Shown here: piece after piece, positions 40,229-53,590 of the stretch
How the letters are laid out: each line of letters begins with the position of its first letter
Position numbering within the stretch: position 1 is the stretch's first letter
Source: Octopus sinensis
Taxonomy: Eukaryota
DNA: 64,000 nucleotides
Direction: 5' to 3'
Assembly: GCF_006345805.1 (NCBI RefSeq)
Contig: NC_043000.1
Location: 94,426,001 to 94,490,000, forward strand
Program-made: the position numbers and the translations under genes
The notes under the pieces: generated by a model
What the model saw: the letters and a program-made list of their open reading frames with translations, nothing else
Database searches by the model: none
What the model was told of the DNA's origin: nothing

Positions 40229-42891
40229 TTGAAATGATGAAGGTTTATCATATCCATTTCTGGGTGTAATATGTTATATATTACTCAACTGTACGTTATT
40301 TGTTGATCATTAGATACTTTTAGCGGGACCACTCCAGTGTAAGCTTTCCAGTTGGGTATCAAAGGCCGCAGAAGAACTGCCACAATCAAATGCTTGTCTC
40401 ATGTTGTTGAAAAGATCTCAATGTGGATATTGACAAAGAGAAATGGTCAATGAACCTAGTTATGGATTCCATTGGATATTTCCAGGAAATGTAAGGAAGA
40501 AGAGAACTTGTTCTTTCGGCGGTCATAGTTGCCTAGCGGGCATTGAAACACAGACCTGAGAACATAAGTTCACAAGGACGACCCAGGTACAAAACCCGCT
40601 GGAGACAGGATTTTGGAAAGCAGCAGGATACCTAGGAGTCATGACTTGGGTGGGCCTGGCTCCCGTAGAGTGTCAGGTATAAGGTCCGAAACACTTGTTG
40701 GATTGGAGTTCTTCCTCTGAAAATAACTCCTGTTGTGCGCTCGCAATTCAACGAGTTTCTGTTATTTTTGCTAGAAAAAGACGAATAGATCCCGCAGAAA
40801 TGACACCAAAACCAATGTTATAAAAAAAGACCGGGTGGTCACGGCTAGATCGTTTTTAACTATAATTATTCTTGATCTGTGTTTATCTAGGGCTAAACAA
40901 AAAAACAACTCGTGCGTTGCAGATTTTTTTTTCTTTTTGACCTATTTCTTATCTAGTGTCGAAAACCATAAGAAAAGTATCCATGGGTTTCGACCTGTTT
41001 TTTCCTATTAAGTAAAAAAAAACGAAATGATCGAGATCCTTTATTTAACACACTGACACGTTCTGCTATATTTATAAGCTGATATTGGTATATTTACTTC
41101 GATTTGTAAACACTTTGGTGTTTTAATTTTTGCTCTACTTTTGGTAATCCTAAACTATAAAGTATGAAGTGTTTTATTTTGATTCGAAGTTGATACTTTA
41201 ATATTTCTTGCCTTGTTCAATAATATACATATTTATTCTTAAGATGTTTCATCTGATTTGAATGTGAACATGTTACTTGTGGTTATATTTCTCCTTCGAA
41301 TGATGACTTCTCTCTTTCGACGATATGTGCTAACACACACATCTCAGTGACATAATGGACTCTCAAACACCAGCGTTTCAGCGTTATTGTATCTAATTAG
41401 TCAAAGTTGTCCCCGGATCTCTAAATCTAAACAAGATTGGTAGTTCTTGTTTATAGAATCTACCTGACCATAGGAATTTAATACTGACTTGGCAAACAAC
41501 AGCATGCATCAGCAAATGTCTTTTACTGAATTCCTTGTCGAAAACTGGTGCCTCCCAGTCTTCTACGTCATTTAAACGAGTATCTTATCAGCACACAATG
41601 GGAAGGAAGAAGTGGTTTTCCAAAGTTTAAATACAGCTGTATTAGCACATCCACGTTCAAATCTGACAGAACGAGTTAAGAATAAGCATGCAGATCTGTG
41701 TTTTGATACTCGCTGTCTCGAGTACTTGTAGAAATTTGATATTGTCTTTTCTTATCATTCTCTGCAGAATATTGTCTTTAGATTTTTATGGATATCCACA
41801 ATGGAAAATATTTGAAATACATCTACTTATATATTTTGACAATCAATGAAGTAATTTAATAGAATTGCGGCAGAGGTATACCAAGTTTTATGAAATGCTA
41901 CCATTCATGACAGACAGTATTGCAAAGTAGCATGTGTATTATGAATACCATACGAATTACTAGCCGTAAGTATGACAAAGAAGAGTTATCTTTCCTTGTG
42001 TCCACTGTGAGAAATAAAGCATGGTTTTCTCCGGTAGTTGTAATTTAAGCTAGAATAAGATGTGTTGTGAAGCCGTGACGGATTATTAACAGTAATTGTT
42101 AACATAAACCAGTTCTGCCTCTCTTTATTTTCACTGTACGCACTGTTACACTTGTTCAACTACTGATAGTACGGAATGTGTTGTTGGTGTTATAGTTAAA
42201 TTGATAGAGCAGTTAGACACAAACGCAAAAGACAAGGAGAGGATATACTGATAAAATGTATTTCTAGTAGATTTCGTTAGTCGAAAAATGGTTAAACGGG
42301 AATATTGTAAAGTATGTTTTTGAGAATAGTAATACTCTGAGTAATATTGAATAAAAATAATAAAAGTAACAATCGAAATTTGCTAAAAGGAAAGACCAGG
42401 TGTTAGAGTTCCTTTGTGATATGTAAATATTATCAAAAGTTTAATAAACAATCCCCAGAAATATTAATGGCCTACAGTTAAGAAAAAAAATTATCGTAAA
42501 TAGTTAAAGTACTTTATGAGAATAAGACCAGATTTGAACAGCTGATAATTCTTCACACACAAATACATTAAACAGCAAATCAAAATACCGTTTATTATTT
42601 ATTTTTACTTAAAACTGTGCACTTTTATCTTCCTCATTGAAATAAATAATCAATTGACGGAGGAGAAGGAAGAAGGAAGACAAGAAAGAGCGAGACTGTT
42701 TGAAAAATTGTATTTAAGGGTAAAATTAAAGTGACGTAGCTGAGAAAGCTCGAAGGAATAGATTGCAAGAAGATTCCAAAATCATTCTTTGAACATAGGT
42801 GATATGAATTTCTTACATAGATTTCTGATTCCACTGCTGGGTTGCCTGTTATTTGAAGCTAAAAATGCCGGTAAGTACGTGTTACTAATTA

Positions 42892-43302
42892 CACAGGGGA
42901 GCAATTGTGAACATAATTTCTGCCGAGTTTGAATTTTTCATCTGATTTAGACTAAAATTGGCATGCTGATTTCAAAACTGCAATCAGTTTTCTTCTATCA
43001 CGTCAAGATTTTTCTACAGTTTACTCTCTGAATAAGCACAATTGCATTATTTGTCTGTAAGCAGTAGAGATGATCAGCTGCTTTTATTATTTTATTGATA
43101 ACACTGGGGAACATTTTCGGAAAATTTTTTTAGTTGTCTTCCCTTTTATAATTAGTCCCGCCGAATATGATGGTGCTGTATTCAGAAATGCCTTGGGAAA
43201 TTTTCTGTCACATCAATTTTCTTTGTTAAACAGAAATTGATTTTTTTAACAAAAAATATCAATTTTGCCATTAAAATGCAATACTAAAATAACAATAACA
43301 AC

Positions 43303-43356
<54 letters not shown>

Positions 43357-44810
43357 CTAGCACAAACTAAATAGTACGTTTTACTGTTTATACAAAATGC
43401 TTAATTACACATATTAGGATAGATATTTCTGTCAAACTGGAGTTTCAGTAACTCAACGATTAAGCTTTCTCTTTGCTGCTTTGCGTGAATAAGTTGATCG
43501 ACAGTTTCTTTGCAGAGACTAACAGTATTCAGCCATCATGTTAATCTACTACCTGTCTTGATACCTCGTCTCTATCGTTTCGATGTCTTGGTGGAATCTT
43601 TCTCTTTGCTCATCATTTATTGCACCATGATTTTCAGGGAAGAAGTTCAGATGACTATGCAGGAAATGCACTTTACACTTGTGTTGCAGTCCAATGCTCT
43701 ACAGTTTCTTAACAGGTTCTACACAAGTTCTTCATAATTTGATGGTTTCCTGTTTCCCAGGAAATCAGACACAACTGCAGCAAAAGTATTCCACGCTTCT
43801 TTTCCAACGCTAGGAATGCTTTCCAAAAACTGATCGTCCTGCTATCTGTAGCCCGTCAAACACATCAACCATATTTTTATCACAATAAAAAGATAGAAAA
43901 TTTATGCTTAAGCATTTAAAACAGTCACTGTCTCAGTGTTTCATCACATATTTAACACACTATATGGAGTGCTCAAGCTTTGTCTTGATTACCCAGAAAG
44001 TAAGGTAAGCTTTTTTCACAAAATCTGGCTTTGTTTCGCTGGCAAGATAAAGTGTAACATTCGCAAACATAGCAGAAGACAATAGGGCTGTTTTTGCATT
44101 TTCTTCTCTTACAACTGTCCATATTTCTGAAATTCAAAACTTATATGCAGGCCAATTGTAACCTGCGAAAAGTATTTTCCCAATTGTCAACAGTTAAGGC
44201 AAAGTTCCTCAAAGAACATACATGCCATGAAGATTTTTCTACAATTCTTTGGTCATACTTGATTAAGTGACTTTCATCCATTTGACTTCACAAAACATCA
44301 ATTTTGTTAGAGATAGTTAAAGGTTCAACAAAACATATCTCACTTGCTTTACAAAAGCACAACGTGGACATATCTGCGGACAAATTCCACAAATATGAGA
44401 CATGTATGAAGGACTGTCTCATTGTATAAGGACTTTTGTGTTATCATCATGACATTTAAAATTGGTTAGATTGAAAATAAGGAAAGTTACTCATGTCTAA
44501 AGCTTTTTGTTTACACAAGATACTTAAATCCTGACTTTTTTTTTCACTTTTGTAGTTACATTTACATTAGATAATATTGAAAAACTTTTTTTAAAAATAC
44601 GTCAAGCTTCATACATGGATTTGTATTTGATAAAGCTAAGTCTATCCTTAGAAATGGTGACAATGCTGGAAATGTTGAAAACTGGACATTTGAATTTGTG
44701 AAAAATTTTGACATGATTGAGCAAAATGGATTTCACTTTTGAAACCAGCACTCAGAATTACTAGGAAACAAATCTGCAACATCAGACAACGTAAAACATA
44801 TTCGCCAGTG
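42892..44810 (-). mobile_element. Internally deleted Chapaev3-like (CMC superfamily) DNA transposon
   Basis: CAC(T/A)G termini with TTA on both sides (42889-42891 and 44811-44813). - strand remnants MDSCKRRKCKNSPIVFCYVCECYT...FVKKAY...GNQDKA and FLGNRKPSNY...HFLHSHLNFFPENHGAINDEQRERFHQDI...RYQ. Confidence 0.75.
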
Positions 44811-45514
44811 TTATATATCATTAGTAATATTGTGCATCGGTATAATGTTAGCTACCATCATTACTTGGTTTGGTTCTCACAGCTTTGGATTAAGGTTTGT
44901 AAATGCGCGGTTTGATTCGCACAGGTTTTAGATTAGGCTTAGTAAAAATTTATGCTTTTAGTAAAACCATTTCCAAGCAACAAGTATCTCGCGTATTTTA
45001 TAGGATTTTCTTTTCTTTTTTCGTTCTTTTAGAGTTTCGTTGAAGTATGGCCTTGTGTACTTTATTCGATTGCATTTGCTTTAACCATGAAACTAGACTT
45101 ATCTTGAATTTCATTTCTTTTGCATTTAATGTATTTGGTGCTACATTCATCGAAATGCATAATCTTACCAGTTTGAAATTTTGTTCCTTTCAAATTAATG
45201 TAACCTTTGAGTGGTTTATTCTGGCAAAATGAATACCAGAGGAACAAATATATTAGATGAGAGAAGACTCGTTTCCATAGATACGTCCATTTATATGGGG
45301 CACCAAGGTGTTAACCCGCACCTAAGAATCTGATATTACAAGATAAACGTAGATGGCTTTTGTCGATACGTTCTTTTGTATTGAGTTACATGTTGGTAAG
45401 CCATACATAAGAATCCGTTATCATTACAATATTAACGTTACCGAGAAGGATTATTTTAGCTTTGCACTAGAAACTGTGGACTTACTCAGAAAGCGATCTG
45501 GCAGTATACGTATA

Positions 45515-45741
45515 CTCTCTTTACTCTTTTACTTGTTTCAGTCATTTGACTGCGGCCATGCTGGAGCACCGCCTTTAGTCGGGCAAATCGACCCCGGGAC
45601 TTATTCTTTGTAAGCCTAGTACTTATTCTATCGGTCTCTCTTTTGCCGAACCGCTGAGTGACGGGGACGTAAACACACCAGCATCGGTTGTCAAGCAATG
45701 CTAGGGAGACAAACACAGACACACAAACACACACACACATA

Positions 45742-45782
<41 letters not shown>

Positions 45783-45948
45783 TACGACAGGCTTCTTTCA
45801 GTTTCCGTCTACCAAATCCACTCACAAGGCATTGGTCGGCCCGGGGCTATAGTAGAAGACACTTGCCCAAGGTGCCACGCAGTGGGACTGAACCCGGAAC
45901 GATGTGGTTGGTTAGCAAGCTACTTACCACACAGCCACTCCTGCGCCT
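45515..45948 (-). mobile_element. SINE family A (near-consensus)
   Basis: Complete head to tail. Confidence 0.9.
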
Positions 45949-46469
45949 ATGTACTTACATATATATATTCATGTGGGAATCTGCAATATTAATGGACAAT
46001 CTTTTGTCAAAGTATGACATTAAGAATACGGTGATAATGACATCTTAAGTAACTAGCACGGATATGCCAAATATTCCTAAGGGCAGATTTGACAAATTTA
46101 TGCGATAATTGATAATGGCTCACAATTTTGACGTTAGAGCTGATAAATAACGACTATCCCAGAAGGATTACGTTACTTGGAAGATTAAAACGTTCATTGT
46201 AAGATTAAATAGGGTTAAGAATGAGCTCTATTATTATAAGAGACGATATGCGCTGAACACTGTGTGACAAAAAGTTTTGTAATTATATTTATTTTTTTTG
46301 CTTGGTCAGTAAGTCTTACTTATTATTTGTTTCTATCTAGAAATCAAAGGAAATGATTGCTGTTACCTTAAAACTTTGCTTTTGTGACCTGGACAGCAAT
46401 GTTTTGAAACTGACCTATTTTCCATTACATTTCAAACAGATTCAGCACTGAGTTGCTGAAGCAGAAATA

Positions 46470-46640
46470 GCAAATATTCTGTTCAATACCAAAGATTTGC
46501 TTGTCAGTTATTTCACTCTAACCACTTAAACATGTCCCTTAGTGGCTGACAATATATGCACCTCTGGTCATGAGCAGGAGTAGTGGGGAACATCATAGCC
46601 ATGTGTTGAGAAGGATTCTTTGGGGTTTGAATAAGTGTAA
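46470..46640 (-). mobile_element. Fragment of the 27850-type repeat
   Basis: aatattctgttcaatacc...catcatagccatgtgttgag...ggggtttgaataa. Confidence 0.7.
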
Positions 46641-46954
46641 CAAGCGCGAAGTTTCAACGAAATATTGACCATTCTTCATACTTTCTATGAGTAAACAAAT
46701 AGAAATAACAGTTGCTGCTCAAGGATAGAAATCGTGTTACAGTGTATTTTCTCACATATAATAGTACTAATTTACTAATATCCTCACTGCATGTGCCGCT
46801 GAAAACCATTTTATGCGGATATTTATTAATGCCTACAGCCTGTATGATTACTCTAGTATTTTAATTGGGCTAAAGGAATATCAAGTGACCCTATTAACAA
46901 TCTTCTGCAATAGTCACCATCTGTTTTTGTTGGACAACTATTGCAAGTGTGAAT

Positions 46955-47190
46955 GCGTGTGGCCTAGTGATTAGGTTCTTGTACTCAAGGTCACTAGATC
47001 GTGCGTTTGATTCTCGGATAGCGCGTTCTTGAACAAAATACTTCGTTTACCATCGCTCTAGTCCCTCTTTCGATCAGACAAGAACGTTGGCTTGCTCGCC
47101 TTGCCAGCAGTGTGGCGTCTTTCAAAGGCTAAAACGAAGCAAAGAGCATTGTGACCTGCGATGTGTAACAACGTCTGATCACGTCACTGT
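46955..47190 (+). mobile_element. Diverged tRNA-derived SINE
   Basis: gtggcctagtgattagg A box, degenerate B box tttgattctc, ttgaacaaaatactt core. Confidence 0.55.
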
Positions 47191-47674
47191 ATAACAAAAA
47201 AATTGTGTGAAGTGTTAGAATATATGTCTACGTGCTGGCTGTGATGTTACATGCAACAACTGTCTTACTCTTTTAATTAAATACAAATAAATTAAAGATA
47301 CGTTGTTATCCCATATGGGAGGAAGATACTGGAGGCTGGTTATGTATCCTCGACGAGGATACAATAATACAATTTTGCCTTTGATTGCGTCAAGTTAGAG
47401 CACATCAATACGATAAGAGAGCAAGGCTGCATAGTACACTGAAGTACTTAGCTTCTTAATGTAATAACCTGTATGGAAATGCGAGCGTTTATGTGCACGC
47501 GTACATATAAGCACACACACATGCACACACACATGCACACACACATACATGTATGTATACATATACGTATGTATGTGTGTATGTATATGCGTTTATGTAT
47601 GTGTACATAAATGTGTCCCTATGCAAGCATACCTATTGTTATTATACATCAGTAAAAAAGAAAAGGTAGCGATC

Positions 47675-47860
47675 TGGCAGAATTGTTATAGCGTATAAGA
47701 AAAGACATTTGAAGCTTTTTTTTTTTACGGCTACGTTCTGAGTTCAAACGCCTTTGAGGTCAAGTTTTACACTTCATCTTTATGGGAACATAAAAATAAA
47801 GTTCCACTCAAGTATTTTAGAAGGTATCAACTACATCTCCTCCCCTGAAAATTGCTAGCT
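47675..47860 (+). mobile_element. Diverged SINE family B
   Basis: gatctggcagaattgtta...tacgttctgagttcaaa...gaggtcaa. Confidence 0.6.
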
Positions 47861-47946
47861 AAAGTAAGAATTATTATAATCGTATTTTTTTAATTTGCAA
47901 TTGTTACTTGTATTAATGCTAATGCTATCGTTTCTTTGCATTTCAG

Positions 47947-48103
47947 CGTCCACCAATGCGACAGAAGGTCAGACTGACTTCTACGCTAAAACATGCCAGT
48001 TCCCTCACATGGCACTTTTGAGAATATTTACGGGTAATAAAAGCCACATTTGTGGAGGAGCCCTTGTCGATGATATTCACATAATCACAGCAGCTCACTG
48101 CTT
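47947..48103 (+). CDS. Trypsin-fold (S1) serine protease homolog, His57 exon
   Basis: Acceptor tttctttgcatttcag and donor gtaagt at 48104, phase 1 to 2. Translates STNATEGQTDFYAKTCQFPHMALLRIFTGNKSHICGGALVDDIHIITAAHC, with the CGGAL and TAAHC motifs. Confidence 0.92.
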
Positions 48104-48379
48104 GTAAGTAATTATGAGTCGGTATATGTAATTAGATTTATTCACTTAAAAACTTTGATGTAAATAAAAGTCCAAAATTTATAAAGAGTGGGTTTATAAA
48201 GGGGGAATATAGGTTATATATGTTTCTTCACTAACTGGAGTTCATTATGTTAGTCATACGCAACGAACTCTCTACACAGTAGCTAGTCACACTGACGAGT
48301 GTTCGTTGCGTCAGAAATATTAGTCTATGTTTCACGTATTCCAATCCTTATAAATTCCCCACACGCTCACACACTCTGC

Positions 48380-48464
<85 letters not shown>

Positions 48465-48610
48465 TACGCACACACACACAGAGTTTAATGTACATATTAG
48501 CTAGTTATGGGCTATTAAACAATATCTCTCACCGGATGGTGTACTTTCATTGTTGATCTTTACCTTAACGAAAAAGTAAACTATACAAACACACACACAC
48601 AAACACACAC

Positions 48611-48694
<84 letters not shown>

Positions 48695-49044
48695 ATGTTT
48701 ATATGCCATCAAATGTAGCAATCCAATAAAGGACGATGTTACTCTTTTTTTGATTCCAGAAAAACATGTTTTCCAGCTGGCAATCCTCACACAGTTTGTG
48801 TCCGTATAGCATTTGTAAGGGAGGTCATCGCTCCCATCTCTAGCCTTACGTGATACTTACTGACCTAGGTTTCTGGATGTTATCCGTCCTCAGTCTCAGA
48901 CAACCAGTAGCTAGTAATGAAAGCTCTCTCCACTTGCAAATCCTATAAATTTTTTAAGCGACACAGTCTCTGATCGCGTACAGAGAAAAACAACTTGTTT
49001 TAAATATCTGAGCGAGAGATATACAGTAACAGTACCAGATAGTA

Positions 49045-49170
49045 ATGTTTATATGCCAACAGAATGTGACAGTCCCATAAAGGACGATGTTACTGTTGTA
49101 TGTAGTATTTGTAAAACAACAGTAACATCGTCCTGTATAGGACTGCCACATTCTGTTGGCATACAAACAT
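49045..49170. repeat. 55-bp-stem hairpin in intron
   Basis: Arms 49045-49099 and 49116-49170, 4 mismatches, 16-nt loop. A diverged partial arm copy lies at ~48692-48745. Confidence 0.95.
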
Positions 49171-49494
49171 AAATATCCGGTACTTAATTTGAAAACTTAA
49201 TATGATACATTAAAATAGCATTCAACATTTGGGCCCATAGAAATTTCATTGCAATACACAAGGAGTAACTACAATTTTGATAACGAACTTCTTTAAAGTT
49301 TAAACATACCACTAAGATGTTAACCTATTTAATAATGACCGCTTAAAAGTCTATTCCTTTGTGAAGTGTGATTGCTTGGGACCCTGACAGCTTTGAAAGT
49401 GAAGCGCAAGCTCCTGGTAAGGTTCCGATGCTGGACAGATCAAAGGATAGATGCCAGATTAATACTGGTTTCAAATATTGGCAAAAAGGCCAAC

Positions 49495-49680
49495 AATTTC
49501 AACTATAAGCACTCGGCCAGAAATTCTGGGGGAGAGGGCCAGTCAATAACATCGACTCCTGTGCTCAATTGGTACTTATTTTATCGACCCAGAGAGAGGA
49601 AAGGCAAAGTCAAAATCGGCGGAACTTGAGCTCAACGTAAAGACGGGCGAAATGCCGCTAAGTATATCTCCCACGGCGTT
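49495..49680 (-). mobile_element. SINE family B (diverged)
   Basis: ggtacttattttatcgaccc...aaggcaaagtc...acgtaaagacgggcgaaatgccgctaag. Confidence 0.7.
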
Positions 49681-50469
49681 AATGATGTAGTAGTTAATGA
49701 TGTAGTAGATTTCTTTAAGCAATAACTATTGTACTGTGATTAGCTGTCTTAGGAAAGGTTGTTTTAAGCAAGAAGGTTCGCTGTTTAAGCCTAACTTAGG
49801 CCTGATCGAGCAGACTTGTGACCAAAAGTATTCAACGGCTGGTGTCTCGTATTTTTTTGTATATATAGGACTACCCACCAAAATGAGAGATGAGTAACTC
49901 TAATTTTGATACGGCCGGATGTGATTTAAGAAGCACTGGAATACTGTTGTTAGCCGGGCTAACAGCCACGTTGTAGAAACTTACAAATCCTGTCACTCAC
50001 ATATACATCCAGAACATTCTTAAAAGAAAATTTTACGCACGTACACTCACACACATTTTTGAAAAGGGCACGTCAAAAGATATTGAACTGGCGTTTTAGT
50101 GTGCAGATCAGATTGAATACCTAAAATCCTTCGTTAATTGCGTGATAGGAAATGCAACCCAGGTAAATCGGTTATAGGAAATGCAGCAGTTATTGAAAAT
50201 AAAGAAGTCAGGCAATGATTGCAATATCAAAGTTTAAAATAACAGGTGTATCACTAATTGTAAACATCACCAAAAATGTAATACCGTGAAATCATAAACA
50301 AATTTAAGAGTAGAAAACAATTATAGATATATATGTAGAAATCCTTCCCCCTTGACGCTAATGATTTTATTTCTGATATCTTCGCTCTTTCTGATTTGCT
50401 TGCTACCCCTTCTGGCATTTTTAATTGTTCTTCTGCTATTATCTAAAATAATCCTTTCTACTGCAGGCA

Positions 50470-50658
50470 CCAGGCCTCAAATATGGTGGGAGGGAAATAG
50501 TCGATTACAGTGTTTTAGTGGCACTTAATTTATCGACCCCGAAAGGATGAAAAGCAAAGTCGACCTCGTCGAAATTTGAACTCAGAACGTAGCAACGGAC
50601 GAAAAGCCGCTAAGTATTTTACCCGGCGTATTAACGACTCTACCAGCTCGCGACCCTA
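50470..50658 (-). mobile_element. SINE family B
   Basis: acttaatttatcgaccccgaaaggatga...ccagctcgcgacc. Confidence 0.8.
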
Positions 50659-51659
50659 ATGGATTGGAGAAACGTGACTATTATCTAAAAAATAATTGGA
50701 ACCATATTAGCGAAAATAATACTAGTGATAGTAATATGCGTAGCAATCTTTTTGGGTGTTCTAATTATTACAACGAAAATATGGATATTAGTACCCGCCA
50801 TCCTTTTAAATTGTAATGTCTCATATTCACGTTAGTAATAATGGTAGTTTCAGAAGTCATAACATGAATAGCAGCATATTGAGTGGTGAGATATTTGTTC
50901 GCTCAATGTAAATACTAGTCAAACTATCTATACGAACATAAGAATAGGACTAACGTTAATTGTCATTTAATACAGGCTAAGAAACGAAACCCTAGAATAC
51001 CTATTAGGTGCCTGTTGCATGGTTATTGCTTATGGTATAACGTATTCTTTTAACGCAATGCACTTAGCAGACAATAAAATTCAGCTAAAATATGTATAGA
51101 GTCTTCCGTCGACTGTAAGAGTCGGTCATTATTTCGCATTAGCTCATTTTCTTCTACTAAGCACAAAACGTCTACTTCATTAGCTAATTATAAACACTGT
51201 TTTGCGAACAATAATAGCTTTAATATTACACGGACCATTTTTTAAAACGGCAAGGTCGTATTAACATAGTTGGCTTCCATGCGATCTTTATAGGAAAGAG
51301 TCCATCGGGATTTTTGATATAGAAGAGCCACCGTCTTCTGAATCTTCAGCGAGAAGCTGTCATTTCTTGCAGGAATCTGATTTGTAAAATATTTGTTTTC
51401 AACATAGATCGATATGTTCCACCTGGTTCAGCTAAATTATGGTTACATATACACCTGCAAAACGTATCTATAAATGTTTTGATACCACTGGCAACCACCA
51501 ATGTTTTGAGAAACAGAAAGAAGTGTTGCAAACATTGATTTGAATAAGGTGACGAAATGGTTATACTGCGTACAACAACAAATCTAAAAACTATATCACA
51601 ATTATAGAAATATTAATATTTCTAAGTCTCTCTAAAAGAGACAACGGCAGCGGTACTGG

Positions 51660-51985
51660 ATATTAATAGTTATCGCCAAGTTAATATGGAAGTCCAGAAA
51701 TATAGGACGAAGGCTGCCGTTGATTACCTCCAAGAGGCCATCGCCTCTAGCTAGCTATGTGACACACGAACCTGTGTCCATTATAAAGGGCAAATACCAT
51801 GAAACTAGTCTGCAGGTGCCTGACCAAGAGGAAGCGGCTGACTTCCCCTGTTCGAAGGTTATAATGGACACAGATTCGTGTGTCACATAGCTAGCTAGAG
51901 CCGATGGCCTCTTGGAGTTAATCAACGGCCGCATTCGTCCTATATTTCTGGACTGCCATATTAGCTTGGCGATAACTATTAATAT
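51660..51985. mobile_element. MITE-like inverted repeat (127-bp arms)
   Basis: Arms 51660-51786 and 51859-51985, 7 mismatches, AT-rich ends. Confidence 0.8.
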
Positions 51986-52189
51986 ATATCACAATTGTTT
52001 TAAATATTACTATTTTGACCATAAAAATTCACTATCAAGAAGAGAGAAATATGTATTAATAAGAAAGTAGGAACAAACTTTGATTTTATCTTCTCCTGTT
52101 AAACTGCATGTCCAATTCCATCAATCCTTTGTTTTCTTTCTCCTACTAAATCTTTCCTTCTAAAAATCCAGCCTAATTTTGGTTTCAAA

Positions 52190-52345
52190 TTTTGGCACAC
52201 GGCCAACAATTTTGGTGGGGGTGCATACGTCGATAACACCAACTCCAGTGCTCAACTGGTACTTACTTTGTCGACCCTGAAAGGACGAAAGATAAAATCA
52301 ACATCGGCGGCATTTAAACACTGAACGTACAGACGGACTAAATGC
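52190..52345 (-). mobile_element. SINE family B (diverged)
   Basis: tggtacttactttgtcgaccctgaaaggacgaaag...aacgtacagacgg. Confidence 0.65.
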
Positions 52346-52486
52346 AGAACGTACAGAAGACTCTGCAAACTCACAGCCTTACAATCCAAACTAAAAGAAA
52401 TTTCTTGCCACTTCGGACTCTTTCTCCAATGTTACTCCTACTACTCCTTCCCCACTTTCTCTCTCTATCTATCTATCTATCTCTCC

Positions 52487-52549
<63 letters not shown>

Positions 52550-53120
52550 GCTTTCTTTTGTCAATTACCCAACTAAAACCAAAAGCTTATATTTACTTAA
52601 GGAACGAATATATTAAATTTCCACCACAAGAAATAGAACCGCCCACATCGTTCTCAAAACAAACAATCCGAAGGAAAAACCCACACGTCAAGGTGTTACA
52701 TCAAGCAGGACAATTCTAGGTCGACGAGGTTAATGACCGGCAGACCTTCGTAGTAACAAATAATATAAATATAAAATTTTGAACAAGAAAAGCAAGGAAA
52801 TCGTTTATTGCTTCAGATTATCTCAAATTCTCATTTCACTACATCAAAAATTCATCTCGTATATTATATAATATAACTTCTATTGTCCTCTGCTTATATG
52901 TGTGTATGCGTGTACGAATGTATATATATATATATATATATACATGAGTGTGTGTGTGTATTATGCGCATACATACGTACACGCAGTTAAATAAGCAGAC
53001 ACGCACATATAACTACATGTACACACACACGCACGTAAATATAGTTTAAAGATCCAGTAGAGGTACAATCCACCAAAAAGTATTCCATCCAGTGAGAGAT
53101 AAATATCAATTTAAATGCAC

Positions 53121-53203
53121 AACCGAAAGAGCTACTAGTAGTTTCATGCTTGTATGGTACATGAACAGGCATGAAAGCATGAAACTACTAGTAGCTCTTT
53201 CGG

Positions 53204-53205
<2 letters not shown>
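53121..53205. repeat. Perfect 31-bp-stem hairpin
   Basis: aaccgaaagagctactagtagtttcatgctt / aagcatgaaactactagtagctctttcggtt with a 23-nt loop. Confidence 0.95.
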
Positions 53206-53253
<48 letters not shown>

Positions 53254-53492
53254 GTATATGTATATGTATATATATATATATGTATATGTATATATATATA
53301 TGTATATGTATTATATATATATGTATGTATATATATATATGTATATATATATGTATATGTATATATATATATGTATATGTATATATATATATTATATATA
53401 TATATATATGTATATATATACTATATGTATATATTATATACATATATGTATATGTATATATATATATATATGTATATATATATGTATATATA
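53206..53492. repeat. (TA)n/(TATG)n microsatellite
   Basis: Direct reading. Confidence 0.95.
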
Positions 53493-53590
53493 TAAACAAG
53501 AGGGTAGTAATATTATTTACTACCAGGTGCCCAGCACAAAAGACGAATTAGTCATAAGACAAAAATATTATTCATATAGAAAAATATATT

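Noticed and set aside
40290-40720. Possible decayed RLE LINE 3' end
   Set aside because: Only a faint LGTARILR-like resemblance, too degenerate to support.
46240-46308. Hydrophobic stretch KSFVIIFIFFAWS before a gtaagt as a signal-peptide exon
   Set aside because: No in-frame ATG, and the donor is phase 0 whereas phase 1 is required.
48761-49420. Short candidate exons KTCFPAGNPHTVCVRIAF and VIAWDPDSFESEAQAP
   Set aside because: They are not needed, because 48103 joins 55069 in frame, and their phases or acceptors do not chain convincingly.
51270-51405. Segment translating ESIGIFDIEEPP...RSCHFL as a possible Asp102 exon
   Set aside because: Only superficial similarity and weak splice sites. 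Exon 55907-56038 (NDAAFL...IRPI...GW) fits far better.
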